Below the pieces are notes generated by a model. That model saw only the letters and a program-made list of their open reading frames with translations. It did not search any database and was not told where the DNA came from. Of a stretch of 64,000 nt of DNA, positions 36,446-48,753 are shown in pieces. Source of the stretch: Octopus sinensis (Eukaryota); the NCBI RefSeq assembly GCF_006345805.1, contig NC_043011.1, positions 25,804,464 to 25,868,463 of the forward strand. Reading direction: 5' to 3'. How positions within the stretch are numbered: position 1 is the first letter of the stretch; the number at the start of each line of letters is the position of its first letter. A program made the translations under genes and the position numbers.

Positions 36446-36642
36446 TTAAAATTACTTAAGCAAAGACCTCAATTATTATAATTATTTTTTCAGGCAGTGA
36501 AAAGTTAAAATTGACTCAACGGCGCCAGTTTCCAACTTCTAAGCAAAATTGAAAGATGAAATCGATCTCATACGGATTTGTACATAAGGGAACGTGAAGG
36601 GACCTAGCAAAATACACAGGGAAAGGTGTATTTATGTATTTG

Positions 36643-36865
36643 CTCTTTTACTCTCTTTACTCTTTTACTTGTTTCAGTCATTTGACTGCGGCCATGCTGG
36701 AGCACCGCCTTTTAGTCGAGCAAATCGACCCCAGGACTTATTCTTTGTGAGCCTAGTACTCATTGTATCGGTCTCTTTTCCCGAACCGCTAAATAACGGG
36801 GATGTAAACATACCAGCATCGGTTGTCAAGCGATGTTGGGGGACAAACACAGACACACAAGCATA

Positions 36866-36896
<31 letters not shown>

Positions 36897-37088
36897 TACA
36901 CACACACATATTTATATATACATACGACAGGCTTCTTTCAGTTTTCTTCTACCAAATCCACTCACAAGGCTTTGGTCGGCCAGAGGATATAGTAGAAGAC
37001 ACTTTCCCAAGGTGCCACGCAGTAGGACTGAACCCGGAACCGTGTGGTTGGTAAGTGAGCTACTTACCACACAGCCACTCCTGCGCCT
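36643..37088 (-). mobile_element. SINE family A, full-length
   Basis: Head, microsatellite and tail are all present. Confidence 0.88.
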
Positions 37089-37326
37089 TTGTTTATTTAC
37101 TTATTCATATTCATATTTGTGTTATGTACTTCTTTATTGTACGATGCCCTTAACAATTCTAGCAATATTTACTAAAAGATAGCTGTGTGGAGACGTGATT
37201 AAGTGAAAGCAGACTTCTAGTTAAATTGTTATTTCTCAGATGGCCAACATACATGTCTCAGAATATTTTTGGAATCATACAAATTAGAAACAAAGTTATT
37301 GAATAATAATAATAATAATAATTATA

Positions 37327-37371
<45 letters not shown>

Positions 37372-37383
37372 TAATTCTTTTTA

Positions 37384-37782
37384 CCATAGGCACAAAGCCT
37401 GAATATTTTTTGGGGTGGGGAAAGAGGGGGACTAGTTGATTACATCGATCCCAGCGTTTCACTGGTACTTAATTTATCAACCCCGAAAGGATGAAAGGCA
37501 AAGTCGACCTTGGCGGAATTTGCACTCAGAACGTAGCGGCAGACGAAATACCTATTTCTTTACTACCCACAAGGGGTTAAACACAGAGGGTACAAACAAG
37601 GACAGACAAACGGATTAAGTCGATTACACCGACCCCAGTGCGTAACTGGTACTTATTTAATCGACCCCGAAAAGATGAAAGGCAAAGTTGACCTCGGCGG
37701 AATTTGAACTCAGAACGTAACAGCAGACGAAATACTGCTAAGCATTTCGTCCGGCGTGCTAAAGTTTCTGCCAGCTCGCCGT
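37384..37782 (-). mobile_element. Two nested or tandem SINE family B copies with different tails
   Basis: 37551-37782 is full-length with the ccccttgtgggtagtaaagaaata tail. 37384-37550 lacks the first part of the head and ends in caggctttgtgcctatggtaaaaag. Confidence 0.8.
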
Positions 37783-38196
37783 CTTAGTAGTAGTAGTAGT
37801 AATAAATATTACAATAAATAAATAAATATTATTATAAATAAATAAATGAACAAACAATAATAACCTGGCTCGCAGATTAAAAAGATTATTAAAAATTACA
37901 AGATAGCCAGGTCAGAAACATTGATTATTGAATTTGCGTTATGAATAAACATAAAATTTCTAGATTTTCGTGTTTAAAAGAATTAAAAAAATTTTAAAAA
38001 ATTTTCTTTCTTTATAAGATTTTTTGTTTATATTTTAATTTTTGTTGATATATATATATATATATTATTATTATTATTATTATTTTGGAGAACCCAAATC
38101 AGCGCTCAACAGAAGGGCCGGTATAAAAAGTATGCCGGCAGCTCTCTGCTACTGAAATTCAGGAAGTATCACATCAGAAGGTTTGCTGATGTTTTG

Positions 38197-38229
<33 letters not shown>

Positions 38230-38289
38230 CACACACACACACACACACACACACAAATATACCAGTTGAGCACTGGATTATTATTAAAT

Positions 38290-38425
38290 TTAGCCGAGGT
38301 CGACTTAGTCATTCATCCTTTCGGCGTCGATAAAATAAGTACCAATCAATGTAATCGACTAGTCCCCCTCTCCACTACAAATAAGTTTCAGGCCTTGTAC
38401 CTATAGTAGAAAGGATTATTATTAT
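38290..38425 (+). mobile_element. SINE family B 3' half (tail caggccttgtacctatagtagaaaggatt)
   Basis: Central domain followed by an alternative tail ending in (ATT)n. Confidence 0.75.
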
Positions 38426-38790
38426 TATTCTATGTTTGACTTTTGCTTTATGTCTGTACAAGTTGGCTCCAAGTCTCACCCAGAGACCTCAAGAGACAAC
38501 AGGTTGGAAGTTCTGTGCCATATATTTGGGTTTTTTTTTCTTTTCTTTTTTTTTGGTGTTGTACTAGTGAATGTCTAATACATAAAAACAAAAAAACAAA
38601 AAAAAAAGTTTGTTTTAAACCTTGGGATTACATAGAGAGTATGAGCAGTTCCCATGAGCACTATCTTTTGAATTTCTGCCATTTTGGGGTTTCCTGGTAT
38701 CTGAGTTAGGTAGCAATCAGTCCCTTTCGCTATCATTCCCAGGGCACCTATGACAACAGGTATTGTTTTAGTCTTCAGCTTCCACATTTT
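38426..38790 (-). mobile_element. R4/Dong-like LINE 3' end
   Basis: Reads MWKLKTKTIPVVIGALGMI...EIQKIVLMGTAH. The 3' UTR ends gtcaaacatag(AAT)n, and both sides lie in (TAA)n. Confidence 0.8.
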
Positions 38791-38801
38791 TATTATTATA
38801 A

Positions 38802-38894
<93 letters not shown>

Positions 38895-39492
38895 CATTAT
38901 TATTATTATTAAATTCAGCTGAGGTCGACTTTGCCTTTAATCCTTTCGAGGTTGATGAAATAAGTACCACTTATTTTATATCACCTATCACTTAACGTAT
39001 GCATATAAGTGTAATTCCGTGAAATAGTCACGCTTATTTACGTGGAAGATATATGCAATTTAACTAAAGGTTGTATCATATGTATAGGATATTTTTTTAT
39101 TTGTTTATGAGAAAAATGGAAAAATAAGAGGGAATATATATTTTATGTATGCTGTGTATTAAGTCCATAAAATTGTGCATAAAGTATATAAAGTGTATAT
39201 ATAAAGTCCATTAAGTAATCATCGTATTCCAATTTCTTTCACTTTTCAATGATTAGCAGATGAGCGACCATCTTTCCATACAGACATAACACAGGATACG
39301 CTTTCAGGTTTTTTGGATAAAGTTTTCAGAAATAACCCAATAAGTTTACCATTAATTCCGTGAAATATTCACAGGTCCCGCTAGTATTTATAAATGCTAT
39401 TACCAAGCAGAGTTTCACTTTTGCATGAAAGAAGTTCTGATAAACCAGTATTTTTCTGAGTACATTTAACAAAAATATATAACTACAAAAGG

Positions 39493-39897
39493 TGTTGAGC
39501 TGGCAGAATCGTTAGCACGCCGGGCAAAATGCTTAGCGGCATTTCGTTCGTCTTCAAGGGCTGCGTTCAAATTCCACTAATGTCGACTTTGCTTTTCATT
39601 CTTTGGGAGTCAATAAAGTAGCAGTTGAGCACTGGGTCGATGTAATCGACTTAGCCTCTTCTCCGAAACTTGCTCGCCTTGTGTGAAAATTTGAAACCAA
39701 TATATAGACACAAAATGGCGGCGAGCGAACAGAATCGTTGGCACGTCAGATAAAATACTTAGCAGATTTCATCCGTCTTTAACGTTCTGAGTTCAAATTC
39801 CGTTAATGTCGAGTTTGCCCTTCATCCTTTCAGAGTCGATAAAATAAGTACTATTTGAGCACTGAGGTCGAACTTGTGTGAAAATTCGAAACCAACA
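39493..39897 (+). mobile_element. Tandem pair of SINE family B copies
   Basis: Heads at about 39493 and 39716. Both end in a cttgtgtgaaaatt(t/c)gaaaccaa tail. Confidence 0.8.
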
Positions 39898-40260
39898 AGG
39901 TTTCTCTCTCTCTCTAGCTATCTATCTACGTAGGTACGTATATAGGTATGTACCAACGCATGTTTGTGTGTTCATGTTTTATTTATAAACCCCAAAAGTT
40001 AGGCGTCAATGGCCATATAAATTCTGATTCAGCATCTCACAATAATGATTTTCATATCACTTCCCCATAAGCAAAAAGTGGACGTCTAACTTATTCCAAA
40101 GTGGATTTCTTTTTGAGTGGAATAGAATCTGTAGCATAGTGCTATTCGGTGTGAGTGCGGGAGGATTTTCGGTCAGAATGTTAGTCTCCTTTTGTCTGCA
40201 ATTGACTCTAGGAAGATCATGACGTCAACTACAGTACACATGTTCATTAAGAGTTATATC

Positions 40261-40476
40261 TGTATCTTCTTTTATCTTATATCTTTTACTCATTTCAGTC
40301 ATTGGACTGCAGCCATGTTGTGGTACAGCGTTGAAGGATTTAGTTGAGCCAATCGACCCCAGTAACATTTTTTTCAAGCCTCGTGTTTATTCCGTCGGTG
40401 TTTTTTGTCGAACCGAAGTGTTACAGGGATGTGAACGAACCAAAACCTGTTGTCAAGCAGTGAGAGTGACAAACAT

Positions 40477-40557
<81 letters not shown>

Positions 40558-40607
40558 TCATACACACAATATATATGTGTGCATTTGTATGTGTATATAT
40601 ATATGTG

Positions 40608-40642
<35 letters not shown>

Positions 40643-40878
40643 GTATATATATATTATATATATATATATATATAATATACATACATACATACATACATAC
40701 ATACATACATACGATAGGCTTCCAAACAATTTCCTTCTCTCAAATTCATTCACAAGGTGTTGATCAGCTTGGGGCTGTAGTAGAAGACTCTTGCTCAAGG
40801 TGTCGTATAATGGGATTGAACCCAAACCCACGGGCTGCAAAGCGAGTTTCTTAACCACACAGCTTAACCACACGCCTG
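40261..40878 (-). mobile_element. SINE family A with expanded internal microsatellite
   Basis: Tail at 40261-40470, about 240 bp of CA/TA/TACA repeat, head at 40710-40878. Confidence 0.8.
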
Positions 40879-41353
40879 CTTACAAGGTTTGGGGGGGAAA
40901 GGAATAAAATAATAATAATAATGATTAATAAATAAAAATTGGTAGGAACTTGAAAGAGACAGAAAATGAGAAGGAGGAATATTCAATATGGTCTGATTCG
41001 ATCCACAGATGAGAATTGGTCGCCAAAGGAATACAAATAAATCATAATTATTAGCTTAGATGTCTCTCTGATTTTTTTTATTTGTATAAACAATATTGAT
41101 TTTCTTTTACACTGAACTCACCTAACACCGACATTAGTAGTAATGATTTTTAACATTGGCACATGATTAATTAATTTGGACGTGAGGTTAGGTAGGGATA
41201 ATACAATCGATTGAAATCGATCTCATTATATTACAGGTACTTATTGTATCGAACCTCAAAAATATCCAATCTTTTCGATGGATGGATGGCACAATCGACA
41301 CTGGAACAAGTGGAGCATGTTTCTAAAGGAAATCAGCTTATGCTTAGTCAACT

Positions 41354-41503
41354 AGGCGCAGATGTGGCTTTGTGGTAAGAAACTCGTTTCCTAAACACAT
41401 GGTTCCGGGTTCAGCCCGACTGCGTGGCAAGAGTCTTCTGCTATCGCCTCGGGCCGACCAAAACTTTGTAATTGGATTTGGTTGATGGAATCTGGAAGAA
41501 GCC
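41354..41503 (+). mobile_element. SINE family A head only
   Basis: aggcgcagatgtggctttgtggtaag...gaagaagcc followed by (TA)n. Confidence 0.75.
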
Positions 41504-41529
41504 TATTATATATATATATAAGCCATCCA

Positions 41530-42020
41530 CCTTCTCCGCTTGCATTTCATCCTCAGAAGGGAAGAGATCAGTAAAAATGTCGAGCAAGCTGTCTTCACTT
41601 CGGTTTCCGTGCCTATCCTCACCTATGGTCATGAATGTTGGGTAATGAGTACGATTGCGAATGCAAGCGGCCGAAATGTGGTTCCTCCGAAAAATCTCTG
41701 CAGTTACGTTACTCGACAGAGATCGTAGCTCGAGGATCAAGGAGTCTCTTCAGGCTGACTCGCTACTTCTCCGCATAGAGAGGTCACAGCTCCGGTACCA
41801 CGGACATGCGATTAGAAGGTCGCAGGAAAGAATCACAAGACGAATTCTTCAAGCCTAGCCAACCGGCAGGAATCTCAGGAGTCTCACCTAGTAACGCTAC
41901 GAAATCTGTCAGAAAAGTCTAATGATGGTCGCTTCTGATAGTACTCTATCAGAAGGAGGTTCCAGAGGGTTCTACTCCCTCGACCCTATCAAGAATAGTG
42001 GACAGAGAAAGTTGGTTGAT
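41530..42020 (+). mobile_element. RTE-clade LINE 3' fragment
   Basis: Reads VPILTYGHECW, RMQAAEMWFLRKI, RIERSQLRYHGHAIR and RRILQA, which is the RTE post-RT region, with frameshifts. Confidence 0.85.
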
Positions 42021-42156
42021 TGATGGAAAAACAAAAATAAACCAATAAAAATTTAAAAATAAATAGATGAAATGAAATATTTATAGGTATCCAAAATGTA
42101 CAATTGGTAATACAGAGAATAAGATAAGAAAGATAAAGATTCTTCCTATAGATTCA

Positions 42157-42346
42157 CAGGACCGGTTTCCCAGTTTCAGTGGCGTATTTATTCCCTACCT
42201 AGATAGGACGCCAGTCCATCACAAGGTTATCAATTTTTTGCCAGTTGAGTGCAAATGAAAAGAAGTGTTTTGCGTCACCCAGTCCAGGAATCGAAACCAC
42301 AATCTTGCGATCATGAGTTCAATATTCTAACCACTAAGCCATGCGA
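42157..42346 (-). mobile_element. tRNA-derived SINE (family E), degenerate
   Basis: The minus-strand head gcatggcttagtggttaga...gtggtttcgattcctggact has A/B boxes, and there is a gatggactggcgtcc block. Confidence 0.6.
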
Positions 42347-42499
42347 TACAGACATTGAAAGCAACCCCACAGTACCCCCAATTAATTACAGTTATATTTG
42401 AAACGTTTGGTGAATTGGAGCTCATAGATTCACTAGGAGTATACAGCATGTCACAATACTACCGTACTCAGCCCATAACTTTTATAATACTAATCAATA

Positions 42500-43156
42500 C
42501 ACCTGACACTGCCGCCGCCACCACCACCACCACCAACACCACCATAACCACCACCAGCACCAGCACCACCAGCACCACCAGCACCAGCACCACCAGCACC
42601 AGCACCAGCACCACCACCACCGCCTTCACTATCACTACTATCACGACCAAACACAGATTTAAAGCGACACCAGAGGACCGTTGTTTCTGGCTTAGTTTGT
42701 GTGCAATTTAAAAACTAACCGAAATCAATGAGAAACTTGTGATTATACTGTGTGTGAAAGAAAACGATAAATAAGAAAAAGAAAAAAAAAAAGAAAAGAA
42801 AAGTAAAAGAAAGCAAAAAAAAAAAAGAGGCAAGAACAAGAAAACAACTGCAACAATTGAGAATAACAATAACAACGACAATAACAAAAAACTGCAGCAG
42901 CTGCAACACAATCCGTAGCAACAGCAACAACAATAAAAACAATATTAATGATTATTATGATGATGATGATGATGATGAAGAAGAGGAGGAGGGGGATAAT
43001 GATGATGCTAAGGATGAGAATGAAGACGACGACGACGATAATGGCCGTCGTCACTATCGTGTTCATCATCATCATTATTATTATTGATTATGATGATGAT
43101 GATGAGGATCAGTATGATGATATGACGACGACGACTGCGATAATGGCCGCCAAGCC

Positions 43157-43194
<38 letters not shown>

Positions 43195-43224
43195 CAATTA
43201 TTATCATGGCTGCTGCTGCTGCTG

Positions 43225-43272
<48 letters not shown>

Positions 43273-43320
43273 TTATGATGATGATGATGATGATGATCAT
43301 TACGATGATTCTCATCATGA
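42500..43320. repeat. Composite trinucleotide low-complexity tract
   Basis: ACC/AGC, AAC, GAT, CAT, GCT and ACT arrays, plus an A-rich run. Confidence 0.85.
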
Positions 43321-43567
43321 TGTAATCTGTTCGCTTCGGATTCTGTCCAAGAAGCTGGCAGCAAATTCTTTAATGGATCTGTTGGAATCTTCTAAGATTC
43401 TTTTGAAGCAGATTTCTGTCTACGGAAATGTAGTTTTTAGTGAGATACATTATGTTGCACAGGGCTGGCGGCTCTCCATGGCATCAGGAGCCGAAGATCT
43501 AAGGGGTGTTTCAGATCAAAAGGACAAATGATTTACAGATTCTCTGCTGTTTTTACCTGGAACTTAC

Positions 43568-43634
43568 ATAAGGTGAGTCGATAGCGTATTGATCTACAGC
43601 TAAATCCGGGTACGTCATGTAAAAGATGGCGTCA
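43568..43634 (-). CDS. Candidate 67-nt internal coding exon, unknown product
   Basis: Acceptor agttacttacag|, donor TAT|gtaagt. The open frame encodes xDAIFYMTYPDLAVDQYAIDSPY (phase 2 to phase 0), on the same strand as the 20742 exon. Confidence 0.4.
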
Positions 43635-44008
43635 CTGTAAGTAACTATTGTGAACAACAGGCGTATCTACAGATTTGCGAAGCGAGCCATTACAGGAGCT
43701 TATAAGTGGTTGGTCTATTTGCTAGAAGTAGCAACCAAATTTGGTGGAATTCTGGTATAAGCATCCCATATAAGCCCTAATGAGTTTTTTTTGTTATTTT
43801 TTAGAATTTTCATGAAACTTTCGCGTATTTGCGTTCTACATACGGGAATTCGTACAATTACGCTAAAAAAGTGAAGAAATTTTGTGTGTGATTTAAGGAA
43901 AATTCAGCTGTTACTCTTAGTCCATCTCGCGACCACCTGATACTTTCCTCGTTTCTTTCTCATTCTGACATGTACTGATAACCACCCCAAAGTATAATAA
44001 TAGATATA

Positions 44009-44042
<34 letters not shown>

Positions 44043-44048
44043 CATACA

Positions 44049-44123
<75 letters not shown>

Positions 44124-44209
44124 ATATATATATATGCACACATACATACACGCATACATACTTATACATACATACATATATACATACATACATACATACA
44201 TACTATATA

Positions 44210-44265
<56 letters not shown>

Positions 44266-44340
44266 ATTTATGTGTATATATACATAGATATATATGTATC
44301 TATATTTCTCTCTCTCTCTTTATATATATATATATATATA

Positions 44341-45632
44341 TACGAGGGGCGTTCAATAAGTAATGCCCCTGACCCACTTCCCATACCAGTAGAGCAACGG
44401 AACTTGGCACAGTTATTGGTCTTTTTCTACATAGGAACCACTCAGAGTTACGCATTTCTCCCATCGTTTGATCCAGCTCTGGAGACCGTTTTTGTAAAAG
44501 ACCCCAGCTTGGTCCTCCCTCCACGACGTGACTTTAGAAATCAAGGCTGCATCATCTGGGAAATGCTTTCCTTTCAAAAACAACTTCATGGCTGGGAAGA
44601 AGTGAAAATCAGAGGGTGCAAGGTCAGGAGAGTAGGGGGGTGGGGGAGGAGTTCATAGCCGCACGCCTGTGCTTCTGATCTGGCGACACGCGAGTTGTGG
44701 ACCGGAGCGTTGTCCTGCAGGAGGAGGATGCCTTCGCTGATCTTGCCCCGCCTCTTGATTTTGATAGCTTCTCTTAATTTCCTCAAAAGTGAAGCATAAT
44801 AGGCTCCTGTAATTGTGGTACCCTTTGCCAGGAAATCTGTCATCACTACTCCGTCCTGGTCCCAGAAGACTGTGAGCATGACCTTGCCAGCAGAGGGCTG
44901 CACCCTTGCCTTCTTTGGAGGAGGTGAGTCACGGTGCTTCCACTGCATTGACTGGGCTTTGGTCTCTGGATTATAGTGATGGACCTAGGTTTCATCCTGT
45001 GTAATCAGTCTTTTGAAAAACTTTGACTCATCTTCTTGATACGTCTCCATATTCATCCTCGAGCATTCGACGCGTTCTTGCTTCTGGAAAGGTGTGAGCA
45101 GCCTGGGAATCCATCTGGCAGACACCTTTTGCATATGCAAATGGTCATGAATGATAGTTTCCACTGACCCGGTACTAATCTTGACCTCATGGGCTATTTG
45201 GCGAATAGTTATGCGTCGATCTTCCAAAATGGCAGCCTCAACTTGACGGACAGATGCCTCATCAATGGCAGAAGGGTGTCGACCAGATCTGGGAGCTGTT
45301 TCCACAGAGTTCCGACCATGTTTGAATTCACGATGCCAGCGTTTTACAAGGTCATATGATGGGGCATCATCACCATAAGTTACTTTCATTTCATCAAAAG
45401 TCTCCCGTGGTGTGCGTCCTTTCAAATACAAAAACCGGATCACTGCTCGACACTCAACAGGCTCCATTTCACACTGACTCAGTTCAAACACCTGTAAATC
45501 AGAAACCATAATTAGTTCAGAGCTGTAATTTGCCACCTAATCTATAGAGATATCAGTAATTGCACATGCAAAATTCAACTAGATCAAACACCTGGAAGTG
45601 GGTCAGAGGCATTACTTATTGAACGTCCCTCG

Positions 45633-45634
<2 letters not shown>
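44341..45634 (-). mobile_element. Near-intact mariner (irritans/Himar1-like, DD34D)
   Basis: TIRs of about 40 bp (tacgaggggcgttcaataagtaatgcccctgacccacttcc and ggaagtgggtcagaggcattacttattgaacgtccctcgta) lie within (TA)n. The transposase is at 44413-45467. Confidence 0.95.
44413..45467 (-). pseudogene. Mariner transposase with two visible lesions
   Basis: Reads MEPVECRAVI...WIPRLL...TQDET*VHHY...QDNAPVH...[13 protein letters not shown]...YVEKDQ*. There is one TAG at the conserved Trp (44985-44987) and one frameshift in the C-run near 44640. The D-to-D spacing is 34. Confidence 0.9.
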
Positions 45635-45681
<47 letters not shown>

Positions 45682-45757
45682 CATATATTGTTATTCTTGT
45701 GGATGGTCAGCGTTTTGCTAATTCAACACACACTATTTCTTTGATCTTTATTATTGC

Positions 45758-45837
<80 letters not shown>

Positions 45838-45839
<2 letters not shown>

Positions 45840-45907
45840 GTACATACATATATGTATGTACTAATATTGACCTGAGGTCTGCTCAACGACCTCAGGTCAA
45901 TATTTAG
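45838..45907. repeat. Two adjacent hairpins
   Basis: tagtacatacatatatgtatgtacta is a perfect palindrome. It is followed by aatattgacctgaggtc-tgctcaac-gacctcaggtcaatatt (17-bp perfect arms, 8-nt loop). Confidence 0.9.
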
Positions 45908-47175
45908 TTTTAGTGGGCGATTGGGACACTATTTTGGATGTACGCCTGGATAGGGTGGGGCTAGCCGATAGGAGAGGAGGTGCAAAAGCCTTACAAACCT
46001 GCTCAATCTTTTCCAGTTGGCTGACAGATATCGACTGGATTTCCCGAATGCGCCAATATGGAAATGGGTGAACAACACTGGGTCTTCCGGATCGTATTTA
46101 GATATGATATTCTGTAGATCAGTAGATAGAAGTAGCATAGGTTGTCCACAGTTCACAAATTTGTGATCGGCTACATAGACCACAAATTTGTGATCTGCAT
46201 GGTCGACCTAGACAGGATCCAGAGGTAGGGCCCCGGGTACTGGAAGCTGAACGCATCTTTCCAGGCGCGTCAAGCGTTCAGACACTGGGTTAGCGAGTTA
46301 GTTAATCGAAAGTTGGGTAGCGCAATCGTCAACAACCGCTGGTGGATAGCCTTGAGAATGGCTAGTAGAGTAGAGGCAGTAGGATTTAGTAAGGAAATAG
46401 CCTTAGAGGAATCTAGGATAAAGGGAGAGCTAGTTAGAAATATAGAAGAGGTGCTTAGGAGAGGCATCGCGACTTACGTGCTGGCGGCGAGATTGGCTCT
46501 TGATCAATTCTTAAATGCCAAGCATGAAGATTGCGTTATCAGAGCTAGGGCGCGTGCTTTAGACATGAAGGGACGAAAGCCGTTCGATGGGCCTGGGTGG
46601 CAGAGGTACAACGTGGCAACAAAGTCACAATTCGGTCTTTGACGGGCTGGGACGGGTGTATGCTACACGAGTCCAAGCCGATGTGTATGGAATTTCAGCA
46701 GCACTTCGCCGAACTTTTTGGGCGCACGGTGTGTCGGGATGGAGGTGGATTTCACCTCCTGCCACGACGGCACTTCCTACCTCGATGGCACCTCTTACCA
46801 CGAAGGTAGGGAAGGAACCTGGCATGGGTGGGGCTCTGATCAATTTAGTTCAATCAAAAGTCTTTCACAGGGTCGACCATCAATACTTAGAGACTGTCCT
46901 CGCGGCAGCCGGCTTCGGTCCGGTTCTCAGAGGCTGGATTGCTGCAATGTATAGAGGCATCTGTTCGATGGTCAAATTAAACGGTTAGCTATCGGAATCG
47001 TTTAGCATCGCCCGCTCGGTCAAATATGCCCACTCTCTCCCCTTCTGTACGTGCTGGTTCTTGAACCATCACTGAAGAAGATGGATATTTCGAGGGGCAT
47101 CCCGCGGAAGGTTCGTGTCGGCTTATGCCGACGTCACCGTAATAGTGTCGTGGTGTATCGTACGCCTGCAGCCGT
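45904..47175 (+). mobile_element. Tx1/L1-clade LINE ORF2 fragment (APE C-terminal half, linker, RT N-terminal half)
   Basis: Reads LVGDWDTILD, SYLDMIF, IDHKFV and GPGYWKLN (APE), then LINLVQSKVFHRVDH...GFGP...WI...KLNG, LLYVLVLEP and SAYADV (RT). It has stops, frameshifts and internal deletions. Confidence 0.88.
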
Positions 47176-47213
47176 TCAGTTGTCCGATAATCCTTGTAAG
47201 ACAGACAGACACA

Positions 47214-47284
<71 letters not shown>

Positions 47285-47310
47285 TACGCACACACTGTCA
47301 CACATATTTA

Positions 47311-47565
47311 TCTTTTATCTACCATTTTTTTACTTGTTTCAGTCATTAGACCATGCTTGAAGAATTTTTAGTCATTAGACTGCAGCCTTGAAAAACTTTT
47401 AGTCGAACGAATCGACTCCAGTAGCCTGCTACTTACTCTATCGCACTCTTTTGCCGAACCGCTAAGTTACGAGGACGTAAACACACCAACGCCAGTTGTC
47501 AGTCGATGGTGGTGGGGTGGGGAAATACAGACACGAAGACACGTACACATCAGTATATCTATATC

Positions 47566-47605
<40 letters not shown>

Positions 47606-47607
47606 CC

Positions 47608-47687
<80 letters not shown>

Positions 47688-47826
47688 TATATATACACAC
47701 ATGACGAGCTTCCTTCAGTTTCCGATACCATATCCACTCACGAGGCTTTGGTCAGCCCGAGGCTATAGTAGAAGACACTTGCCCAAGGTGCCACGCAGTG
47801 GGACTAAACCCAGAACCATGTGGCCG
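47311..47826 (-). mobile_element. SINE family A, head truncated
   Basis: Tail, CT/TA microsatellite, and head up to ccatgtggcc. Confidence 0.8.
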
Positions 47827-47831
47827 GGTTG

Positions 47832-47985
47832 TTAATGTCCCCTTAACGTAGCGTTTCGGCAAAGGAGTCCGACACAATAAGCACCGACTTTCGAAATAAG
47901 TACAAAGGTCAGTTTCTCCGACTAAACCCTTCAAATGGTGCTCCAGCATAGACAGAATCCAATGGCTAAGACAAGTAAAAGATAC
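47832..47985 (+). mobile_element. SINE family A tail, diverged, inverted relative to its neighbour
   Basis: tccccttaacgtagcgtttcggcaaagg...gtgctccagcata...acaagtaaaagata. Confidence 0.65.
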
Positions 47986-48654
47986 AAGACACTGCACACA
48001 CACGCGCGCGCACACAGACTCGTGTGTGTGTACGCGAGCGTGTGCGCATTTATCTGTTTGACCGTGAGGAATATTATCTCTACGTACAAAACTCGTGTAG
48101 TTATGTTCCTCTTAGTATATGGTGGGGAGAGAGAGAGAGTGAGAGAGAGAGAGAAAGATAGAAAGATATAGAAAATAAAGAAGAATGAACAAAAATGAGG
48201 AAGGGGGGAACAACTAAAAGACAGACAGACAATAAGACAGATAAACAGTCAGACATATTGACACACACACACATGTACTGAATATCCAGCTAGTAGTATG
48301 CATACTAGTCCTTATTTCCTTCCAACTCTGCTGACAGTCAATTTTTGCATTACTGCCATCTTATTTCTAAATAGCCTTTTGGTCTACAGTTCTTCAAAAG
48401 CTTTCTCTCCTGCCTCCGTCTCCCTCTCTTTGTCTTTCTGTCTCTCATTTACACTTTCTCTCTCTCTCTCTCTCTTTCTCGCTCCACGAGATAAAATGGT
48501 TGAGCAGACGATCAACAGCAAAATAACTGAATATCGATCCCCATCTGGCTATCTTGAAATGAGTGCATATAAATGTATGTATGTATGTATGTATGTATGT
48601 ATGTATGTATGTATGTATGTATACATAAACATATATATATGCTTGCGTGTGTGT

Positions 48655-48753
<99 letters not shown>

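Noticed and set aside
42355-42711. Thr/Ser-rich mucin-like ORF
   Set aside because: It is an ACC/AGC trinucleotide tract with no splice signals.
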